From positions 480,001 to 544,000 of the forward strand of contig OZ245742.1 in assembly GCA_965227295.1 (NCBI GenBank): DNA of 64,000 bases, written 5' to 3'. The notes beneath the pieces were generated by a model, which saw nothing but the letters and a program-made list of their open reading frames with translations, was not told the DNA's origin and searched no databases. This stretch comes from Leptonemataceae bacterium (lineage in GTDB: Bacteria > Spirochaetota > Leptospiria > Leptospirales > Leptonemataceae). Positions within the stretch are counted from its first letter, which is position 1, and every line of letters begins with the position of its first letter. Positions 19,248 through 29,135 of the stretch are shown here, one piece after another. A program made the position numbers and the translations under genes.

Positions 19248-20243
19248 TCAGAGCGCGCCCGTCGTCCGCAAATGCTCGATCGTCCGCCGCACGCCTTCTT
19301 CGGCGGGTATCGGCTCCCAGTCCAGCACCGCCCGGGCGCGGTCGTTCTTCGGAATCGCCTGCCACAGAAGAAATTCCAGCTGGCCCCGGGGCAACAGCGG
19401 CGGACGACCGGAGAAACCGGACAGGACTTCGCCCATGGCCGCGAAGATGATCGCGAACCATTGCGGCATGATGCGCGGAATCTTCGGTACGCCGTGCACG
19501 CGATCCACCAGCTCCGCGAACTCTCTTAATGTATGATAGCTTTCACTTAGTATAAAACGATCCCCGGCCGCGCCCCGTTCCGCCGCCAGGATATGCCCCC
19601 GCGCGCAGTCCTCGGAGTATACGATGGGAAAACCGCCGGGCAGCAGCATGGGGACTTTGCCGCGGATGAGATCGGCGACCAGACCGTTGGGCCCCGGCGA
19701 ACCCACGGGGCCGGGCCCGTAAACCCCGGAGGGATGGAGAAAGACGATGTCCATCCCCTCTTCCAGGTACTCCACCGCCACACGATCCGCGTCCTGCTTG
19801 GAGCGTTCGTAAAACGTGTTCTTTTGTTCGGGATCAATGACGCTTTCATCGTAGGTCTCGTGCGCCCGGCCCGCAAACACGTCGATGGTACTGGTGTAGA
19901 CCACGCGACGGACACCGGCGTCCCGGGCCGCGGTGAGAACGTTCCGCGTTCCCTGGACGTTTACTTTCTGAAAAATGCCGGGATTCGGAAACCACTGCTC
20001 CGGCAACCCGGCCGCGTGATACACTAACTCACACTCACCATCCTCTAAGGCTTCCACAAGGCTGCCGGGGTCGATGACGTCCCCCGGGACCAGTTCGCAT
20101 TCGGGAGGCAGGAGGCCCTGGGCCTTTTCCAGGCTCTGCTCGCGCACCAGGGCCCGGACGTTCCGCCCGCGCTCCACCAGTTGTTTGACGATGTTCGCGC
20201 CCACGAGGCCGGTGGCGCCGGTAACAAAGATGGTTCCGCTCAT
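19248..20243 (-). CDS. NAD-dependent epimerase/dehydratase (dihydroflavonol reductase-like)
   Basis: TGATGLVG, YERSK motifs. Confidence 0.92.
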   Translation of the reverse strand: MSGTIFVTGATGLVGANIVKQLVERGRNVRALVREQSLEKAQGLLPPECELVPGDVIDPGSLVEALEDGECELVYHAAGLPEQWFPNPGIFQKVNVQGTRNVLTAARDAGVRRVVYTSTIDVFAGRAHETYDESVIDPEQKNTFYERSKQDADRVAVEYLEEGMDIVFLHPSGVYGPGPVGSPGPNGLVADLIRGKVPMLLPGGFPIVYSEDCARGHILAAERGAAGDRFILSESYHTLREFAELVDRVHGVPKIPRIMPQWFAIIFAAMGEVLSGFSGRPPLLPRGQLEFLLWQAIPKNDRARAVLDWEPIPAEEGVRRTIEHLRTTGAL

Positions 20244-20256
20244 GACGGCAAATAAG

Positions 20257-20300
20257 TGACCTCGGGTCATTTGCACAAGAAAATTAATGACCGCGGGTCA
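20257..20300. promoter_or_regulatory. Two palindromic operator sites (TGACCnCGGGTCA), probable TetR binding sites
   Basis: TGACCTCGGGTCA 20257-20269 and TGACCGCGGGTCA 20288-20300 between divergent SDR and TetR genes. Confidence 0.75.
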
Positions 20301-20345
20301 GTTATTTTCTTGTCCTGGACGGCGCAGGGATTCTCATGAACATAC

Positions 20346-20984
20346 ATGAAACACAGGGCCCGCAGCGAGGACGAAAAAGAACACCGCCGCCTGAGCATTC
20401 TACGGAGCGCTCGCCGGCTGTTCGAAAAAAAACGCGGCGGCGAACTGCCGGCGGTGGCGACCATCGCACAGTCCGCCGGCGTCGCGAAAGGAACCATCTA
20501 CTTATACTATGCGAGCCGGGAGAGTATCTTCCTGGAGCTGGCGGCACATCTCCTGAACGAATGGTTCGCCGACGCCGCCAAAATGCTGCAACGCATGCGC
20601 AGCCCCACCCCGCACCGCGTGGCGCGGGCCGTGGCGCGCTTCCCGCTGAAACACCCGGCGCTCTTTCATCTGCACGCCATCAAACCGCAACTGGAACAGA
20701 GCCTCACTGCGGCGGAAATCGAAGCGGGCATGCGTGAAACGGCGCAGCGCTTCGTCGACGGCGCCGCCCTGTTACGAAACGCACTGCCCGGCTTCGACGA
20801 TCGCACGTCTCGCGACGCCATGATCCGTGTCTACGCGATGCTTGCGGGACTCTGGCAGACGCACTACGATTTGCTCGTGCGCCTCCGGCATCCGGAGCGC
20901 CCGAAGGAATCCGTGTACGGGCGGAGCTTCGAGGCCATGGTCGTAGGTTCGATCGAGGCGGTGCTGGTGGGTTCGATGGAATGA
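20346..20984 (+). CDS. TetR family transcriptional regulator
   Basis: HTH VATIAQSAGVAKGTIYLYYASRESIF. Confidence 0.93.
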   Translation: MKHRARSEDEKEHRRLSILRSARRLFEKKRGGELPAVATIAQSAGVAKGTIYLYYASRESIFLELAAHLLNEWFADAAKMLQRMRSPTPHRVARAVARFPLKHPALFHLHAIKPQLEQSLTAAEIEAGMRETAQRFVDGAALLRNALPGFDDRTSRDAMIRVYAMLAGLWQTHYDLLVRLRHPERPKESVYGRSFEAMVVGSIEAVLVGSME

Positions 20985-21060
20985 AAAAGTCCGCAGGAAT
21001 GACGATACGTGCCGCCGGTTTTTTGCTTGAACGCCGATTTACGTTGACGCGGATGTACTC

Positions 21061-21732
21061 ATGCTCTACGTCTCTGAACCGTATAACTCTCTACGATCTT
21101 CACGACTTCGTTATCTGTTCGGCTCTGCCTGGTTCCTGCTCCCGCTAATGCTGATGGCCGGCTGTAGCCTGGGGCCGATCCGGGAATACAGCTCCGGCAC
21201 CGCACTTAAGCCGGGCGAGTCCATTCTGTTCCTCGTCATTCGCGCGGAAGATCACGAAGGCCAGGAAGTCGATCCACTCGGCTCCGCCACTACCTTCGCG
21301 TCAGCCTACACCGCAGAGTTTTTCTTCCGCAAATCCGACGGCGGTGTAGGACGCGACGACGATAGTATTCAGAATCCTCTCAAACTTTCACAAAACGATC
21401 GCGTCTACTGGCCGTTGCTGCTCCCGGCTTCATCGGAAGTTCTGCTGGGCATCCTGGAGGTCTCTTCCACCGACGGGATCACCTCGGTCCGAACCTCGAT
21501 CCCGCTCAAGCTCATGCTCCCTGTCGCCGCCGATCGCATTGTGTACCCGGGTGATATCGTTTTGAGGGGCAAAGAACGCCGGCTCGGTCCGGAGTCGATT
21601 CGCATGGAAGAAAACGCCGGATCGATCAAATACATCCGCAAATGGCAGGCCCGACAAAAGGGCGGTCTCGCGGATTTTGAACTCGTTACCCGGGTACCAA
21701 AATGTAAACCGCAGGGGCCGTGCTCGTATTGA
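21061..21732 (+). CDS. Putative lipoprotein
   Basis: Lipobox LMAGC; VYPGDI motif shared with the lipoprotein at 50210. Confidence 0.6.
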   Translation: MLYVSEPYNSLRSSRLRYLFGSAWFLLPLMLMAGCSLGPIREYSSGTALKPGESILFLVIRAEDHEGQEVDPLGSATTFASAYTAEFFFRKSDGGVGRDDDSIQNPLKLSQNDRVYWPLLLPASSEVLLGILEVSSTDGITSVRTSIPLKLMLPVAADRIVYPGDIVLRGKERRLGPESIRMEENAGSIKYIRKWQARQKGGLADFELVTRVPKCKPQGPCSY

Positions 21733-21883
21733 AGGCTAACCGTCCACACGCAGCCGCGGTGGAGAAGATGCGCGGAAAATCTACGTACTGATAGGCACTG
21801 CTCACTTAAAGTTATCCACAAGATCTTAATGCCCACATGTTAAGAAATTGTTGCGGATCCATCTTGCATGGCCTCCCTGAGGC

Positions 21884-23533
21884 ATGGCCCGCAAGAAAAT
21901 CCGAACACGTTCGTCTGCATTCAAATTTGAAAAGCTCGACCGGCGCGGAATGCGCTTCTACTTCAAAGAGACCTGGCCGAAACAACGCCTGGAAGCGGCG
22001 GTGATCATCGGCCACACAACCGGCCGTAGCGTCCGGATCTGGAGCCGGGTTACGGCGCCCGGAAAGTACGAGCTGCTGTTGTCCACGTCCCCGCTCGAAG
22101 CTGACGGCGGCGCGGTTGAATTTCGCGCGGATATCAAGCACGACATCGCGGAAGCGCGAAAGAAACCCACCATCGACTGCACCAGGGTTACGGACGTCGA
22201 CGGCCTCAAGCCGGAGACACGCTACTACTATGCCATACGCAAAGAGGACGGTGATTTCGAAATCGCCCCGGACTCCGAACGTTCCTTTCGCACGTTCGCC
22301 GCGCAGCCCGAGCGAGTCGTCTTCGGTTTGTTCAGTTGCCACCAACCGTTCAAGGACGGCAGCAAGAGAACGAAGCCGACCGGGAACGCGGCCATGTTCC
22401 AGGAAATGCTCGCAAAGTTACAGGAACGCAACGCCGACTTCGTCATTGCCGCCGGCGATCAGATCTACTCCGACGGCCCGGATCGCCTGAATGTCTGGAA
22501 GTGGCTGCGTAAAAAGTCCGCGGCGAAACCGAAACACATGCGTGATTGGTTCCGTGATCTCTATCGCACTTATTGGGGCGATGCGCACATGCAACGATTG
22601 ATGGCTTCGTATCCAACGTACATGATCTGGGACGATCATGAGATTATGGACGGCTGGGGTTCGCGGAACGACCGCGAACTACATAAACACATTCGGGTGA
22701 CGAGCTCCCGAACACAGAGCAACAAAATCGTCCACAAGCTGGCGCAGGCGGCGAAAGACGTTTACTTCGAGTACCAGCACTCGCACAATCCACCGACCGA
22801 TAGCGGCCGGTACGATTATCACTTTCGCTGCGGCGGCTGCGCGTTTTATGTCTGGGACATGCGCGGCCATCGCGACTACAATCGCAAACACCAGATCGTC
22901 CTCGGCTCCGACCAGGCCGAACGTTTTCGCCTCTGGCTTACCGGACTGCGCTCCGATCCCTCCGTGCGCGCGGTCTTTATCGTATCACCGGTTCCCGTGG
23001 TGCACTGGCCGTGTTTTGTTGCGAACACGATCGATGTCTCCGGCGCCGCGGACGATTTCCGCGACGAATGGGAACATACATCCAACTGGACCGAGCGCAA
23101 CCTGTTACTCTATCCGCTGTTCGATTACTCTCACGACATGAAGGTTCCGGTGATGTTTCTGAGCGGCGACGTACATATGGCCGGCGGCTTCGTGCTGGCG
23201 CGCAGGGATCCGGAACTCGCTCAGGCCCGGGTCTACCAGTTTACGTCGAGCGGAGTTACGCACGGCTCCGCGAAGAAGGCCTACGTGAAGCTGGGCAGCA
23301 AGGTTATACGCAGCAGCGGCGACCTGGGCGATCACGCCGCGGAGCAGTACCGTTATCGTTTCCAGGGAGCCTTCCCGAACCAGGTGCCGGTCGTCAACGG
23401 ACTGAACTTCGGGATCGTTACGGTGGACCTGAGCGAACAAAATGCGCGGGTACGATTCGAAGTCTTCTACAAGACCAGGACCGGCGAAGAGTTATCTTCG
23501 GCGGCGATAGAAGTCCCACTGCCCGATCGATAG
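21884..23533 (+). CDS. Alkaline phosphatase D (PhoD) family protein
   Basis: GLKPETRYYY, FSC, GDQIYSD, IWDDHE, LSGDVH motifs. Confidence 0.9.
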   Translation: MARKKIRTRSSAFKFEKLDRRGMRFYFKETWPKQRLEAAVIIGHTTGRSVRIWSRVTAPGKYELLLSTSPLEADGGAVEFRADIKHDIAEARKKPTIDCTRVTDVDGLKPETRYYYAIRKEDGDFEIAPDSERSFRTFAAQPERVVFGLFSCHQPFKDGSKRTKPTGNAAMFQEMLAKLQERNADFVIAAGDQIYSDGPDRLNVWKWLRKKSAAKPKHMRDWFRDLYRTYWGDAHMQRLMASYPTYMIWDDHEIMDGWGSRNDRELHKHIRVTSSRTQSNKIVHKLAQAAKDVYFEYQHSHNPPTDSGRYDYHFRCGGCAFYVWDMRGHRDYNRKHQIVLGSDQAERFRLWLTGLRSDPSVRAVFIVSPVPVVHWPCFVANTIDVSGAADDFRDEWEHTSNWTERNLLLYPLFDYSHDMKVPVMFLSGDVHMAGGFVLARRDPELAQARVYQFTSSGVTHGSAKKAYVKLGSKVIRSSGDLGDHAAEQYRYRFQGAFPNQVPVVNGLNFGIVTVDLSEQNARVRFEVFYKTRTGEELSSAAIEVPLPDR

Positions 23534-23537
23534 TTGA

Positions 23538-24128
23538 CTAACCGAACAGCTTCGCCGCGCTGATTTGCAGCCCCGGGAACACCCGGCTCTCCAGCACGTC
23601 GCCGCGCACCTCTTCCCATGCACGTTCGCCGCGACCGTCCGCCACGGCGTAACGTACGATCAACACATGTTTGTGCGGATCGGCCGTCCAGTACTCCGGC
23701 ACCCCGCCCTGAAGATAACGTTCGTGTTTGAATACCAGGTCGCGCCGCGCATTCGACGGTGAGACGACCTCGGCGATCAAATCCGGCGCGCCCTCGATGC
23801 GTTTGCCCTGCGCGATGTGCAGGTTCTCGGCCTTGATGGCGCAGACGTCTGGACCGAGGGTATCCTCATGCTCATAGGGGAGCTTAAGATAGGTGTCGGT
23901 AAAGACCTTCCCGGGCGGCTCTTCGAACGTGTCGAAGTAGCGCATGATGAGATGCGCGAACATGGGATGGGCGCTTCCATGCCCGGTGGAAACTGGCGGA
24001 TTCAAATGCAGGACTCCGGCGATCATTTCGTAACTGTAACCGTCGTCCGGAAGCTCGAGCCATTCCTCGAACGTCACCCTGCGGCCGACATACTGCGGCT
24101 TTTGTCCTGCAAGTCGGTAAATGCCCAT
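23538..24128 (-). CDS. Uma2 family (PD-(D/E)XK) endonuclease-like protein
   Basis: YEMIAG, GPDV, GAPDLIAEVVSPS, GVPEYW, SRVFPGL. Confidence 0.9.
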   Translation of the reverse strand: MGIYRLAGQKPQYVGRRVTFEEWLELPDDGYSYEMIAGVLHLNPPVSTGHGSAHPMFAHLIMRYFDTFEEPPGKVFTDTYLKLPYEHEDTLGPDVCAIKAENLHIAQGKRIEGAPDLIAEVVSPSNARRDLVFKHERYLQGGVPEYWTADPHKHVLIVRYAVADGRGERAWEEVRGDVLESRVFPGLQISAAKLFG

Positions 24129-24250
24129 GGTTTTCCCCGGAGATTCTACCGCGGCCCCGAATTTCGGTCAAGTCGATCGCGGTATACACGTCTCAAAAGT
24201 GCGAATCGTTGCGCAAAAAAATCATGCGGAATCCACGTCGCCGGCAGCGT

Positions 24251-24430
24251 TCATCTTCGCAATAGCCACAGCCACAGCCCCAACTTCACCACGTTCACAA
24301 GCGCCAGCACCCCCAGCGTCATCGGAAAGAGCACAATAAACAACCCAAAGTTAAACTCCTCGTATGTTAGCCCCAGAAGATTCGCCGCGTTGATGCAGAA
24401 GTCCGTTAAGTACCAGTAGAGCCCCCTCAC
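24251..24430 (-). CDS. Small membrane protein (59 aa)
   Basis: GTG start overlapping the upstream stop; TDFCINAANLLGLTYEEFN followed by a TM helix. Confidence 0.6.
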   Translation of the reverse strand: MRGLYWYLTDFCINAANLLGLTYEEFNFGLFIVLFPMTLGVLALVNVVKLGLWLWLLRR

Positions 24431-24786
24431 GATCGGCCTCCTCGCCGCCGTGGCCAGAGCGCTCCCAGGAGCAGCAAACTCACGAGCAACGGAAAGAGGA
24501 CCACGTACACGAGCAGATTCATGTTCGCGTACGATACTCCGCCGCGGCCCAGCGCCCGGATGTTCGCGTCGTAGACCTGCTTCGCAAAACGCGCCGCGGT
24601 ATCGTTTTTGAAATCGTAGCGTTGTTGCACGTGGGGGCAACCGTGATCGTGACAGTAGCGCGTGCAGCGCGCGGGATCGTAACGATGATGCGACGGCCCC
24701 ATGGCCTCGTTCACCGCAACGAGCACGAGGAACGGCGAGGCCATGAGTACGATCCACATGGCGAAGGTATTCAGCAGGCGCATCAT
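24427..24786 (-). CDS. Small two-TM protein with CTRYCHDHGCPH motif
   Basis: Start coupled to the MBOAT stop codon; two hydrophobic helices. Confidence 0.65.
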   Translation of the reverse strand: MMRLLNTFAMWIVLMASPFLVLVAVNEAMGPSHHRYDPARCTRYCHDHGCPHVQQRYDFKNDTAARFAKQVYDANIRALGRGGVSYANMNLLVYVVLFPLLVSLLLLGALWPRRRGGRS

Positions 24787-26207
24787 CAGAACTGAAAGTA
24801 GAAGAACTGCTCCGGATTTTCGAACGACCCGAACATCACAAACAGCAGCAATCCGATCGAGTACACCAACCACCGCACCGGGCCCGGCCACTCGCCGATG
24901 ATTTCCAGTTCCCCGCGCCGGACCTGCAACCACTGCATCATAATCAGCGGCGACGCGTAAAACAATACCTGCAGCACCAACGCCCCGGACACCCAGGGCA
25001 CATCCGCGCCGAACACGGGGACCACGTTCTCCACGACAAACCACAGATGCTCCGGCGACTCCACGCGAAACAGCAGCAATCCGTGCGCGAATGTTAAAAA
25101 CGTAAACACACGCCCGCCGTACATTAACGCGCGCTCCACAAGCGGCCCCCGCGCGGCGATGCGCGCAATCCAGGGCGCGCACGCCCCGTACATCACCACC
25201 AACACGCCGCAATAAAAACCCCACACCAGAAATCCGATGCTCGCCCCGTGCCAGAGCCCGCCCAGGGTCCACACGATCAACACGTTCCGCGCCTGCATCA
25301 GCGGGCCGATGCGATTGCCGCCCAGCGGAATATACACATAGTCGCGCAGGAAAGCGCCCAGCGTGATGTGCCAGCGACGCCAGAACTCGGCGGGGTTGCT
25401 CGAAAGAAACGGCAGATTAAAATTGCGCACGAGTTCAATGCCGATCATGCGCGAAACGCCGCGGGCGACGTCGGTGTATCCGGAGAAGTCGGCGTAGATC
25501 TGCACCGCGAACGCGCAGGCGCCGAGAAAGTACGCGCCCGCCGGCGGTTGCACGCCGGGGACCAGCACCAGATCAACAAAGCGCGACAGGTTGTCGGCGA
25601 TGAATACCTTCTTAAAAATGCCGCCGGCCGCCAGAAGCATGCCGCTGCGAAACTCCGCGAACGTCGGCGTGGCCGGATCTTTCAAATGCGGCAGCAATCG
25701 CCCCGCGCGTTCGATGGGACCGGCGACCAACTGCGGAAAGTAGGTCGTGAACAACAGGAGCGCCGGGAAGGATCGCTCCGCCCGGGTCTCCCCGCGACTT
25801 ACGTCCACGATATACGACGTAATCTGGAACGTATAAAAGCTGATGCCCACGGGCAGCAGGACGTCCAGCACGGGCAGCGGTCCGCCGCTGTCGAAGTACG
25901 CAAAGAGTCCGTCGAGCAGACCCTGGGTGAACATGTAGTATTTAAAGAAGCCGAGGAACGCCAGGTTCAGTACGACGGCGGCGGCCAGGGTCAGCCGATC
26001 GCCGCGCCGTGTTTCCAGGCGCAGCGCGGCCAGGTAGTTCACGGCGACGGTGAAGATTAACAGGAGCAGGATGCGCCAGTCCCAGTACCCGTAAAAAAAG
26101 AGCGACGCGGCCAGAAGCCAGGGACTCCGCCAGGTCCGGGGGACGGCAAAACGAACCGCAAGAACGATCGTCCCGAAGACGAGAAAATCCAGGGTGTTGA
26201 AAAGCAT
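24786..26207 (-). CDS. MBOAT family O-acyltransferase (AlgI/DltB-like)
   Basis: LPVGISFYTFQ, FPQLVAGPIER, DFSGYTD, FWRRWHITL, GLWHGA. Confidence 0.95.
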   Translation of the reverse strand: MLFNTLDFLVFGTIVLAVRFAVPRTWRSPWLLAASLFFYGYWDWRILLLLIFTVAVNYLAALRLETRRGDRLTLAAAVVLNLAFLGFFKYYMFTQGLLDGLFAYFDSGGPLPVLDVLLPVGISFYTFQITSYIVDVSRGETRAERSFPALLLFTTYFPQLVAGPIERAGRLLPHLKDPATPTFAEFRSGMLLAAGGIFKKVFIADNLSRFVDLVLVPGVQPPAGAYFLGACAFAVQIYADFSGYTDVARGVSRMIGIELVRNFNLPFLSSNPAEFWRRWHITLGAFLRDYVYIPLGGNRIGPLMQARNVLIVWTLGGLWHGASIGFLVWGFYCGVLVVMYGACAPWIARIAARGPLVERALMYGGRVFTFLTFAHGLLLFRVESPEHLWFVVENVVPVFGADVPWVSGALVLQVLFYASPLIMMQWLQVRRGELEIIGEWPGPVRWLVYSIGLLLFVMFGSFENPEQFFYFQF

Positions 26208-26309
26208 TGCGCGGGGAAATTTTTCCTTTCCCGATTTGACAGTCCGGGCGGATACTGTAAATTAAAGATTGAATGCCGTAACGCGCATTCTTCTCTCCCG
26301 GAGGTGTAA

Positions 26310-27596
26310 ATGGGCGAAACCGCCAATCTCAAGTACGACGGCCAGGACTACGAACTCCCGATCATCGAAGGTTCCGAAGGCGAACGCGCCCTCGACATCA
26401 GCAAGCTGCGCGCGGCCAGCGGCGCCATCACTCTGGACGAAGGCTTCGTCAACACCGGCGCCACCACCAGCGGCGTTACCTTTCTGAACGGTGAAAAAGG
26501 CATTCTTCGTTACCGCGGTTATCCCATTGAACAACTCGCCGAGCAATCATCCTTTCTTGAAGTTGCGTATCTTCTAATTTACGGCGAGCTTCCGTCCAAA
26601 GACGAGTTCGAAACGTTCCGTCACAACATCACCATCCACACCATGATCCACGAAGACCTCAAGCGGCTCTTCGACGGTTTCCCCAAGGACTCGCATCCCA
26701 TGGCGATCCTCTCCTCGATGGTGGTGGCGATGTCCGGCTACTACACGGACTCCAGCGATCCGCTGAACCCGCGACACCGCGAAATCTCGCTCACGCGCCT
26801 GCTCGCGAAGACGCCGACCATCGCGGCCTATTCTTACAAGAAGTCCATCGGCCAGCCGTTCGTGTATCCGCGCAACTCGCTCTCCTACGTCGCGAACTTT
26901 TTGAACATGATGTTCTCCGTTCCGGCCACCACGTACGAAATCGATCCGGTGATCGAGAAGGCCCTGGACCAGTTGTTGATTTTGCACGCGGACCACGAAC
27001 AGAACTGCTCGGCGTCCACCGTACGGCTCGTGGGTTCGTCTCGCGCCAATGTCTATGCCACGATCGCCAGCGGCGTCTGCGCGTTGTGGGGACCGTTGCA
27101 CGGCGGCGCCAACCAGGCCGTCATCGAAATGCTCGAACGCATTCACGAGGACGGCGGCGACGTCGCCAAGTACGTGCGTCTCGCCAAGGACAAGGACTCG
27201 ACGTTCCGGCTCATGGGCTTCGGCCACCGCGTCTACAAGAACTTCGATCCGCGCGCGAAGATCATCAAGAAGTCCTGCGACGAGGTGCTCAAGAAACTCG
27301 GCGTCAAAGACCCGCTGCTCGACATTGCGAAGCAGCTCGAAGAGGCCGCACTGAACGACGACTACTTCGTCGAACGCAAGTTGTACCCGAACGTGGACTT
27401 TTACTCGGGCATCATCTATCGCGCCATCGGCATTCCCACGGAGATGTTCACCGTCATGTTCGCCCTCGGCCGCATGCCCGGCTGGATCGCGCAGTGGAAA
27501 GAGATGATCGAGAACCCGCACTCGCGCATCGGTCGTCCGCGGCAGATCTACACGGGCTCCACGGTGCGGGACTACACCGCGCTCGACAAACGCTGA
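26310..27596 (+). CDS. gltA: Citrate synthase (type II)
   Basis: [54 protein letters not shown]. Confidence 0.98.
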   Translation: MGETANLKYDGQDYELPIIEGSEGERALDISKLRAASGAITLDEGFVNTGATTSGVTFLNGEKGILRYRGYPIEQLAEQSSFLEVAYLLIYGELPSKDEFETFRHNITIHTMIHEDLKRLFDGFPKDSHPMAILSSMVVAMSGYYTDSSDPLNPRHREISLTRLLAKTPTIAAYSYKKSIGQPFVYPRNSLSYVANFLNMMFSVPATTYEIDPVIEKALDQLLILHADHEQNCSASTVRLVGSSRANVYATIASGVCALWGPLHGGANQAVIEMLERIHEDGGDVAKYVRLAKDKDSTFRLMGFGHRVYKNFDPRAKIIKKSCDEVLKKLGVKDPLLDIAKQLEEAALNDDYFVERKLYPNVDFYSGIIYRAIGIPTEMFTVMFALGRMPGWIAQWKEMIENPHSRIGRPRQIYTGSTVRDYTALDKR

Positions 27597-27656
27597 CTTT
27601 TCGGCAAACGTTTACACAGAGAAACTTAAGGCGGCTCCGGCCGCCGCACTGTTATC

Positions 27657-28043
27657 ATGCGAATGAAGCTGACGGAAATCCGGATCGGCAACCGAATCCG
27701 AAGGAACCCGGGCGACCTGTCCGAGCTCAAGGACAGTATGCGCCGCCTGGGTTTGCTCCAGCCGATCTTAGTGGACACCGACAACAACCTGGTGGCCGGC
27801 TTTCGTCGCCTGGAAGCCGCGAAGGAGCTGGGCTGGGAGACCATCGACGCCCGGCTCATTGAAGTCAAAGATCGCAAAGAACGCCTCATCATCGAGGCGG
27901 ACGAAAACGTCACCCGCCGGGACTTCAGCCCCGAAGAATTGCAGAAGGCCGACGAGTTGCTGGATCGCTACAGCCGCGAGGGCATCTTCTGGCGCATCTG
28001 GTCCTGGATCCTGGACATCATCGATCGCATCTTCCGCCGCTGA
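27657..28043 (+). CDS. ParB/Srx N-terminal domain protein (stand-alone)
   Basis: LKDSMRRLGLLQPILV, LVAGFRRLEAAKELGW, EADENVTRRD. Confidence 0.85.
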   Translation: MRMKLTEIRIGNRIRRNPGDLSELKDSMRRLGLLQPILVDTDNNLVAGFRRLEAAKELGWETIDARLIEVKDRKERLIIEADENVTRRDFSPEELQKADELLDRYSREGIFWRIWSWILDIIDRIFRR

Positions 28044-28049
28044 AAACCT

Positions 28050-29135
28050 GCACGCCCCGAATCGTGGTGTAAGTGGCGGCCAGTGTACATTAAGCCTTTT
28101 ATGGTCACGGCTGGTTCCAGCAGATGAACGGAGGTCATGCCGGGGATGTGGTAAGGCGCACCGGAACGGCGTCTTCGCCGTAAGAAACGTTACGATAGCT
28201 GAGTCGCACACCCAGCGTCCGGGTCGAACGCAGCATTCTTAACAAAACGAAAAGCCACAACTCCCGCTTCGCCGTAGCCATACAAATCCCTTTACCGTTG
28301 CGCAACTTACTTCATGTTTCTTGCAGCAACCGTTACGAATCGCCGCTCCTGGATTACCGGAAAGCTTTATTCGTTCGAGCATGCCCCGAATCGTGGTGTA
28401 AGTGGCGGCCAGTGTGCATTAAGCCTTTTATGGGTACGGCTGGTTCCAGCAGATGAACGGAGGTTATGCCGGGGAGCGTGGTAAGGCGCACCGGAACGGC
28501 GTCTTGATTTTAAGATACGGCAAGCGAAGGTGCGCTCCGGAGCCCCGCTCTATTCGCGGGGCGGAGCGGGTGCGGATTCGCGATAGCTGAGTCACAAACC
28601 GACGTCCGGGTCGAAGTCGGCGTTCTTTGCAAAACGAAATTCCACAACTCCCGCAAAGCCGTAGCCATACAAATCCCTTTACCGTTGCGCAACTTACTTC
28701 ATGTTTCTTGCAGCAACCGTTACGAACCGCGGCTCCTGGACTACCGGAAAGCTTTATTCGTTCGAGCATGCCCCGAATCGTGGTGTAAGTGGCGGCCAGT
28801 GTACATTAAGCCTTTTTTGGGTACGGCTGGTTCCAGCAGATGAACGGAGGTTGTACCGGGGAAATTTGGGGCGCGCACCGGAACGGCGTCTTCGCCGTTA
28901 GAAACGGTACGGTAGCTGAGTCGCAAACCGACGTCCGGGTCGATGCGGACTAACTTAGCAAAACGAACCACCACAACTCCCGCTCAGCCGTAGCCAAAAG
29001 ATCCCCTTCACTATATTGCAACTTACTTCATGTTCATCACGGCAAACGCCGCGAACCGCGGCTCTTGAACTACCGGGAAGTTTTGTTCGTTCGAGCACGC
29101 TCTGAATCTTGGCGTAAATTACAGGCAAATCAACT
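28050..29135. repeat. Non-coding tandem array: three ~329-bp units plus a degenerate start of a fourth
   Basis: gcaYgccccgaatcgtggtgtaagtggcggccagtg recurs at 28050, 28379 and 28766, degenerate at 29095; periods 329, 387, 329. Confidence 0.95.

Noticed and set aside
23538-24128. Restriction or defence system
   Set aside because: Stand-alone Uma2 genes are common; no methyltransferase or other defence genes are adjacent.
26574-27521. Long antisense and alternate-frame ORFs over gltA and other genes
   Set aside because: Shadow ORFs expected in GC-rich DNA; they overlap well-supported genes and lack motifs.
27657-28043. Chromosome or plasmid partition locus
   Set aside because: Only the ParB N-terminal domain is present; no HTH, no parA and no parS-like palindrome recognised.
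28050-29135. CRISPR array
   Set aside because: Units are 329 bp and similar along their whole length; there is no short repeat/unique spacer pattern and no cas gene in the window.
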